The position numbers were made by a program, and so were the translations under genes. The notes under the pieces were generated by a model. It did no database searches, was not told the origin of the DNA, and worked only from the letters and a program-made list of their open reading frames with translations. This document shows positions 54,635 through 59,143 of a DNA stretch of 59,143 nt, one piece after another; positions within the stretch are counted from its first letter, which is position 1; the number at the start of each line of letters is the position of its first letter. Source of the DNA: Acidimicrobiia bacterium (GTDB lineage Bacteria; Actinomycetota; Acidimicrobiia; Spongiisociales; ZC4RG35); contig DATEDX010000084.1 in the NCBI GenBank assembly GCA_035281425.1, positions 1 to 59,143 of the forward strand. Direction: 5' to 3'.

Positions 54635-55912
54635 ATGCAGGTTTGGGGACAGGGGAACGGCTATTGCATTAGGTTTGCGGTGGGGCCGATCCTTTTGGCG
54701 GTGGCGGCCATTGTCCCCGGGTTGGTGGTCCGCTTCAGCGGGGTTGAGGTAGGCCCTCCGGTTGCTGCCTTGGTCTACGGGTTGGCGGTGGTGGGGGCCG
54801 CTTTTCTCGCCTCTTGGGCTGCGGAGATCATCCAACTCGACGTCAGTGGCGGGCTGGCGGTGGCCTTGCTGGCCCTCATCGCGGTTCTGCCCGAGTTGGC
54901 GGTGGACTTTGTCTTCACCTGGAAGTCGGGAACCGATCCGAGCCAAGCCGGCAACGTCCTCGCCAACATGACCGGGGGCAACCAGTTGCTCTTGGGGGTG
55001 GGCTGGCCGCTGGCCTTCCTGCTGGCGCGGTTGGCCACCCGCCGCTCGGGCTCCAACGAACGGGGGCCCGGGCGGGTGGAACTCGCGCCGCTGCAGTCGA
55101 TCGAGGTATCGATGCTGGCGGTGGCCGCCCTCGCCGGTCTCACCATGGCCTGGCGCGACCGCCTCACCCTGGCCGATACCGCCGTCCTCATCGGGCTCTA
55201 CGCCTTCTACCTGTGGCGCCTGCTGGGATCCCCCGCCACCGAACCGGAGTTGGTCGGACCGGCGGCGCTGGTCGCCACCCTTCCGGTTCGTCACCGGCGC
55301 CTCCTCAACGGAGCGTTCTTCGCCGCCGCCGCCTTCACCATCCTGGTCATCGCTGATCCGTTTGCCGAGAGCCTGGTGGCGGTGGGACGGATGTATGGGG
55401 TACCCGAGTTCTTCCTCGTCAAATGGCTGGCGCCGCTGGCGTCGGAGGCACCCGAACTGCTGGTGGCGGGCCTTTTTGCTCTCAAGCTGCAACCGGCGAT
55501 CTCGATCGGGGTGCTCCTCTCCGCCCTGGTCAACCAGTGGACCCTGCTGGTGGGGACTTTGCCCGCAGTCCACGCCATCGCTTCCGGGAGCACCGCCGGT
55601 CTCCCCTTGACTCCCGGTCAACGGCAGGAGCTGCTCATCACTGCCGGGCTAGCCATGGTGGGAGTGGGATTGGCCGCTCGCGGCTACCTGACCAAAGAAG
55701 CCTTCGTTCTGATCGTGGGGTTCTACCTCGCCCAGCTCGGCCACTCGATCTACGCTGCTCTGGTGACCGCCGGCGACTTTTCCACCGGCCGCACCACGCT
55801 GGGGATTGGCCTGGTCACTACCGGCGCCCTGCTCTGGATCGTCAACCGGCGAGACCTGGCCCGATCCCTAGATAACGGACTGAGAAGACCACAAAGGCAG
55901 CTGGCCGCATGA
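54635..55912 (+). CDS. CaCA-family cation/Ca2+ exchanger-like membrane protein
   Basis: Polytopic. Two alpha-repeat-like motifs, LIAVLPELAVDF and LASEAPELLVAG. Confidence 0.6.
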   Translation: MQVWGQGNGYCIRFAVGPILLAVAAIVPGLVVRFSGVEVGPPVAALVYGLAVVGAAFLASWAAEIIQLDVSGGLAVALLALIAVLPELAVDFVFTWKSGTDPSQAGNVLANMTGGNQLLLGVGWPLAFLLARLATRRSGSNERGPGRVELAPLQSIEVSMLAVAALAGLTMAWRDRLTLADTAVLIGLYAFYLWRLLGSPATEPELVGPAALVATLPVRHRRLLNGAFFAAAAFTILVIADPFAESLVAVGRMYGVPEFFLVKWLAPLASEAPELLVAGLFALKLQPAISIGVLLSALVNQWTLLVGTLPAVHAIASGSTAGLPLTPGQRQELLITAGLAMVGVGLAARGYLTKEAFVLIVGFYLAQLGHSIYAALVTAGDFSTGRTTLGIGLVTTGALLWIVNRRDLARSLDNGLRRPQRQLAA

Positions 55913-57060
55913 GATTCCGAACCCGACAGATCCACGCCGGGGTCAAACCCGACCCCACCACCGGAGCCATCCTCACTCCCATCCATCAAGCCACCACCTT
56001 CGTACAGGATTCGGTGGAGGAGTACATGGCCCGGGGCTACTCCTACAGCCGGGCGGGGAATCCCACCGTGGCCGCCTTCGAAGAGAAGATGGCCGACCTG
56101 GAAGGAGGCACCGGCGCAGCCGCCTTCGCCACCGGCATGGCCGCCACCGTCGCGGTGATGATGGCCTTCCTCAACCAAGGCGACCATGCTTTGGTGTCGG
56201 ACGTGGTCTACGGCGGCACCCACCGCTTTGCCACCCGAGTGCTGTCTCGTTTTGGGGTGAGCTTCAGCTTCGTCGATTCCTCCCGACCGGAAGTGGTGGA
56301 GGCAGCCATCAGCGATCGCACCCGCCTGGTCTTCACCGAAACCCCTGCCAACCCAACCCTCAAACTCACCGATCTGGCGGCGGTTTCGGCCCTCACCCAA
56401 GAGCGGGGTCTGCTCCACGCCGTCGACAACACCTTCCTCACTCCCTACTACCAGCGACCCTTAGAACTGGGAGCCGATCTCGTCGTCCACTCCACCACCA
56501 AGTATCTCGACGGGCACAACGCCACCCTGGGAGGGGCGGTGGTGGCAGCCAACTCCGGGCTGGTGGAAGAGGTCAAGTTCATGCAGAAGTCGGCCGGGTC
56601 GATCATGTCACCCTTTGTCGCCTGGCTGACCCTGCAAGGAGTCAAGACCCTCTCCGAACGAATGGACCGGCAATCAGACAATGCCCTGGCCGTGGCGCGT
56701 TTCCTCGAACAACACCCCCGGGTGACGGCGGTGGGCTACCCGGGTCTCGAGACCTTCCCCCAGCACGATCTGGCCAAACGGCAAGCCAGTGGATTCGGGG
56801 CCATGGCCTGGTTCGAGGTGGAAGGGGGGATCGAGGCCGGCAAGAAGCTGATGCGCTCGGTGAAGCTGTGGACCCTGGCCGAGAACCTGGGTGCGGTGGA
56901 GTCACTCATCACCCATCCGGTGACCATGACCCATGGTGACATGTCTCCCGAAGAGCGGGCAGCCGCCGGCATCGGCGACGGCCTGGTCCGGCTGTCGGTG
57001 GGTCTCGAAGACCCCGCCGACCTCATCGAGGATCTGGATCAGGCTCTCTCCGCCCTCTAA
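55909..57060 (+). CDS. PLP-dependent trans-sulfuration enzyme (cystathionine gamma-synthase/gamma-lyase family)
   Basis: FRTRQIHAG, YSR.GNPT, HSTTKYLDGHN (PLP Lys), RLSVGLED. ATGA overlap with the CaCA stop. Confidence 0.88.
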   Translation: MRFRTRQIHAGVKPDPTTGAILTPIHQATTFVQDSVEEYMARGYSYSRAGNPTVAAFEEKMADLEGGTGAAAFATGMAATVAVMMAFLNQGDHALVSDVVYGGTHRFATRVLSRFGVSFSFVDSSRPEVVEAAISDRTRLVFTETPANPTLKLTDLAAVSALTQERGLLHAVDNTFLTPYYQRPLELGADLVVHSTTKYLDGHNATLGGAVVAANSGLVEEVKFMQKSAGSIMSPFVAWLTLQGVKTLSERMDRQSDNALAVARFLEQHPRVTAVGYPGLETFPQHDLAKRQASGFGAMAWFEVEGGIEAGKKLMRSVKLWTLAENLGAVESLITHPVTMTHGDMSPEERAAAGIGDGLVRLSVGLEDPADLIEDLDQALSAL

Positions 57061-57120
57061 TCGCGGACCCCGGGTTCCAGGTGTCCAAAACGATCACCTC
57101 CAGCCCCGAGAATGAAGTAA

Positions 57121-57702
57121 TCAGGCCGGTTCGGCGATGGGGCGGCCGACGGTGAGCACTTTCACCATCTCCACCGGCAATTCGCCCAGCTGCCAGTCGG
57201 GCTCGACCCCGAGGGCGTCGGTGAGCTTGGCGAAGAAGGCGCGGGCGGCGGCCGCCGCGGCGATGTCGAAGATATCCGCATCCGTATAGCCCTGGCTTCG
57301 CAGGGCCTCCACATCTGCGGCCGTGACCGCCGAAGCGTCGCTGGCCACCAGCGCGGCAAAGCGCATCACCTCCGCCTCCCCCTCCGGCAGCCGGGCGGGA
57401 TCTTGCACTAACTCCGCCACCTCTTGCGGTTGGTAGAAGTTGGTTAGAGCTTTGCCGTGGGCCAGCGCGCAATAGCTCGACTTGAGAGCGGTGGCCGCCG
57501 CCACCGTTGCCAGTTCGTAGAGACGGCGATCCATGTGATCACGAACCGATGCGAGCAACTCCCGCCAACCATGCCAGACCTGAGGGCGGTGTCCAAAGAG
57601 TGGCGCATAGTTGGGGAGGTATCCCCAGGACCCCCGCTCGCGGGCGTAGATCTCGGCCAAATCACCGGTGGCGGCTTCTTCAGGAGTGGAGGAGAGAAAC
57701 AT
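57121..57702 (-). CDS. carboxymuconolactone decarboxylase-family, peroxidase-related (AhpD-like) protein
   Basis: ATGDLAEIYA...GYLPNYAPLF...P ... SSYCALAHG pattern. Confidence 0.7.
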   Translation of the reverse strand: MFLSSTPEEAATGDLAEIYARERGSWGYLPNYAPLFGHRPQVWHGWRELLASVRDHMDRRLYELATVAAATALKSSYCALAHGKALTNFYQPQEVAELVQDPARLPEGEAEVMRFAALVASDASAVTAADVEALRSQGYTDADIFDIAAAAAARAFFAKLTDALGVEPDWQLGELPVEMVKVLTVGRPIAEPA

Positions 57703-57713
57703 GGAACTCGAAA

Positions 57714-57893
57714 CTAGCCGCCCCGGCCCCGGCTGCGGAGGGCCAGTCCCGCCGCCGCCGCAAGCAGCAGGCCCCCGACTACGGCCCAGGTGGGATCACC
57801 TGTCATGAAGCTCCCGGGTATCAGACCGACACCCTGACCCAAGAAGACCAGACCCAGCACGGCTAAAGCTAGGGTCGCAGCAGATTTCGCCAC
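57714..57893 (-). CDS. possible small two-helix membrane protein (59 aa, below the track cutoff)
   Basis: Own translation: VAKSAATLALAVLGLVFLGQGVGLIPGSFMTGDPTWAVVGGLLLAAAAGLALRSRGRGG*. GTG 57893 or ATG 57806. No homology evidence. Confidence 0.25.
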   Translation of the reverse strand: MAKSAATLALAVLGLVFLGQGVGLIPGSFMTGDPTWAVVGGLLLAAAAGLALRSRGRGG

Positions 57894-57938
57894 CTGACGA
57901 TCGATTTTATAGGATCGCTCGACCTTGCTGAGGAGACG

Positions 57939-59066
57939 ATGACGGAGTTCAAGCCCGGGTTGGAAGGCGTGGTGGCCGCGGAGACCTCGCTCTCGTCAGT
58001 CGACGGGCAGCGGGGCGAGTTGATCATCGCCGGGTTTCCCCTCGAGGAACTTGCCGCCAACGCCAGCTTTGAAGAGGTCTGCTACCTGCTGTGGTATGGC
58101 CAGCTCCCCGGTCCCGAGGAGCTGAACGAGTTCCGGACCTCGATGGCCAGCTACCGGGCGCTCCCCGCCGCCACCTACGCCCTGCTGGCCGAGGCCGCCA
58201 AGGACCAGGTGACCCCGATGGATGCCCTGCGGATGGCTTCTGCCACCTTTGACCTCGACCTGGCCCACGGAGACGACTTGGCCAAGGCCAAGGCCATCAC
58301 TGCCCGCGTCCCACCCACGGTGGCCACCTACTGGCGCCTTTACAACCATCAGGAGCCAATCGAGCCGCGCTTCGACCTGGGAAGAAGCGCCAACTACCTC
58401 TACATGATCAATGGCGAGGAACCAGGCCCGGAAACGGTGCGAGGCCTGGAGACTTACCTCAACACGGTCAGCGACCATGGTCTCAACGCCTCGACCTTTG
58501 CCGCCCGGGTGATCATCTCGACCAACTCGGACATGGTGTCGGCCATCACTGGCGCCATCGGGGCCCTCAAGGGTCCCCTTCACGGGGGCGCCCCGGGACC
58601 GGCTCTGAACATGGTGTTTGAGATCGGGGCGGCGGAACGTGCCGAAGCCCACATCCGGGCCTTGCTCGATCGAGGCGAACGGCTGATGGGATTCGGCCAC
58701 CGGGTCTATAAGGTGCGTGACCCCCGGGCCGATGTGCTGGCTCACGCCGCCGAACGCATGTATCAGGCGGAGGGAGACATGGCCCTCTACGAGTTGTCGA
58801 AGGAGGTCGAAGCCACCGCGCTTCGCCTGCTCGATGAGTACAAACCGGACCGGAACCTGCGCACCAACGTGGAGTTCTTTACCGCCCTCCTGTTACACGG
58901 GATCGGGCTGGAGACACCGTTATTCACCCCCACCTTCGCCGCCGGGCGGGTAGCGGGATGGATCGGTCACTGTTTCGAGCAGCAACGGACCGGACGTTTG
59001 ATCCGTCCCGAATCGGTGTACGTCGGCCCCCGCGATCAGCGGTGGGTGCCACTAGCGGAGCGCTGA
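57939..59066 (+). CDS. citrate synthase (about 375-aa dimeric type)
   Basis: GLEGVVAAETSLS, DHGLNASTF, GPLHGGA, GFGHRVYK..DPR motifs. RBS GAGGAG lies 4 nt upstream of the ATG. Confidence 0.92.
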   Translation: MTEFKPGLEGVVAAETSLSSVDGQRGELIIAGFPLEELAANASFEEVCYLLWYGQLPGPEELNEFRTSMASYRALPAATYALLAEAAKDQVTPMDALRMASATFDLDLAHGDDLAKAKAITARVPPTVATYWRLYNHQEPIEPRFDLGRSANYLYMINGEEPGPETVRGLETYLNTVSDHGLNASTFAARVIISTNSDMVSAITGAIGALKGPLHGGAPGPALNMVFEIGAAERAEAHIRALLDRGERLMGFGHRVYKVRDPRADVLAHAAERMYQAEGDMALYELSKEVEATALRLLDEYKPDRNLRTNVEFFTALLLHGIGLETPLFTPTFAAGRVAGWIGHCFEQQRTGRLIRPESVYVGPRDQRWVPLAER

Positions 59067-59109
59067 GCCCGCCTTCCCTGTGAGGTTGCCGTCGTCTTCC
59101 CACCCCCCC

Positions 59110-59143
59110 TTTTGGCGCGCCAGGATCGGGCTATAGCCCGATC
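59110..59143. repeat. REP-like palindromic element (same inner-stem class as 7870 copy), truncated by window end
   Basis: TTTTGGCGCGCCAGGATCGGGCTATAGCCCGATC... Starts 44 nt after the citrate synthase stop. Confidence 0.8.

Noticed and set aside
1-59143. Prophage, integrative element, toxin-antitoxin, restriction-modification or other defence island
   Set aside because: No integrase, transposase, recombinase, phage structural, nuclease/helicase defence-type or TA-like gene pairs were recognised. Apart from the inteins and the non-coding repeats, the gene content is core-metabolic and envelope-related.

Overview
High-GC (mid-60s % by eye) bacterial chromosomal window. It looks like Actinomycetota, possibly Acidimicrobiia-like; this is an inference from F420/LLM-type genes, lipobox lipoproteins, NrdR-box architecture and GC-rich shadow ORFs. 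About 60 genes are densely packed and mostly housekeeping or metabolic. There is no rRNA, tRNA, CRISPR array, transposase, integrase or recognisable defence island. Main contents: (1) A KhtT-like regulator plus a CPA2 antiporter carrying a C-terminal UBP-type zinc finger. (2) A small secreted-protein locus (4.0-6.6 kb) with a TIMP/NTR-like beta-propeller protein flanked by two paralogous lipoproteins. (3) A 2041-codon class II ribonucleotide reductase gene (nrdJ) interrupted by two in-frame LAGLIDADG inteins. Its leader has a near-consensus promoter, tandem NrdR boxes and a perfect DnaA box. (4) A LacI-associated catabolic cluster: an M24 hydrolase translationally coupled to an orphan 2-oxoacid dehydrogenase E1 alpha/beta pair, plus bicupin, SDR and HIBADH-like genes. 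(5) Three consecutive ABC modules: two exporter-type ATPase + 2 permease sets and an orphan DppBC-type permease pair. (6) ATP-dependent DNA ligase, Maf, two tandem S41 peptidases, MsrA, a YpfJ-type metallopeptidase and an SLT transglycosylase. (7) Glycogen genes glgX/glgC/glgB. (8) A MarR-MFS pair, a CaCA exchanger, a trans-sulfuration enzyme and citrate synthase. Two non-coding repeat families are the least explained structure. One is a 48-nt palindromic REP-like element (6 copies) with conserved outer arms and co-varying inner stems. The other is a composite about 220-300 bp element (2 copies, each oriented with the upstream gene) that starts with a heptanucleotide array placing TGA in all three frames. 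I see no clear multi-gene novel system. The best candidates for something undescribed are the TIMP-like locus, the two repeat families and the antiporter-ZnF-UBP fusion. All family assignments come from motif recognition by eye, not from searches.
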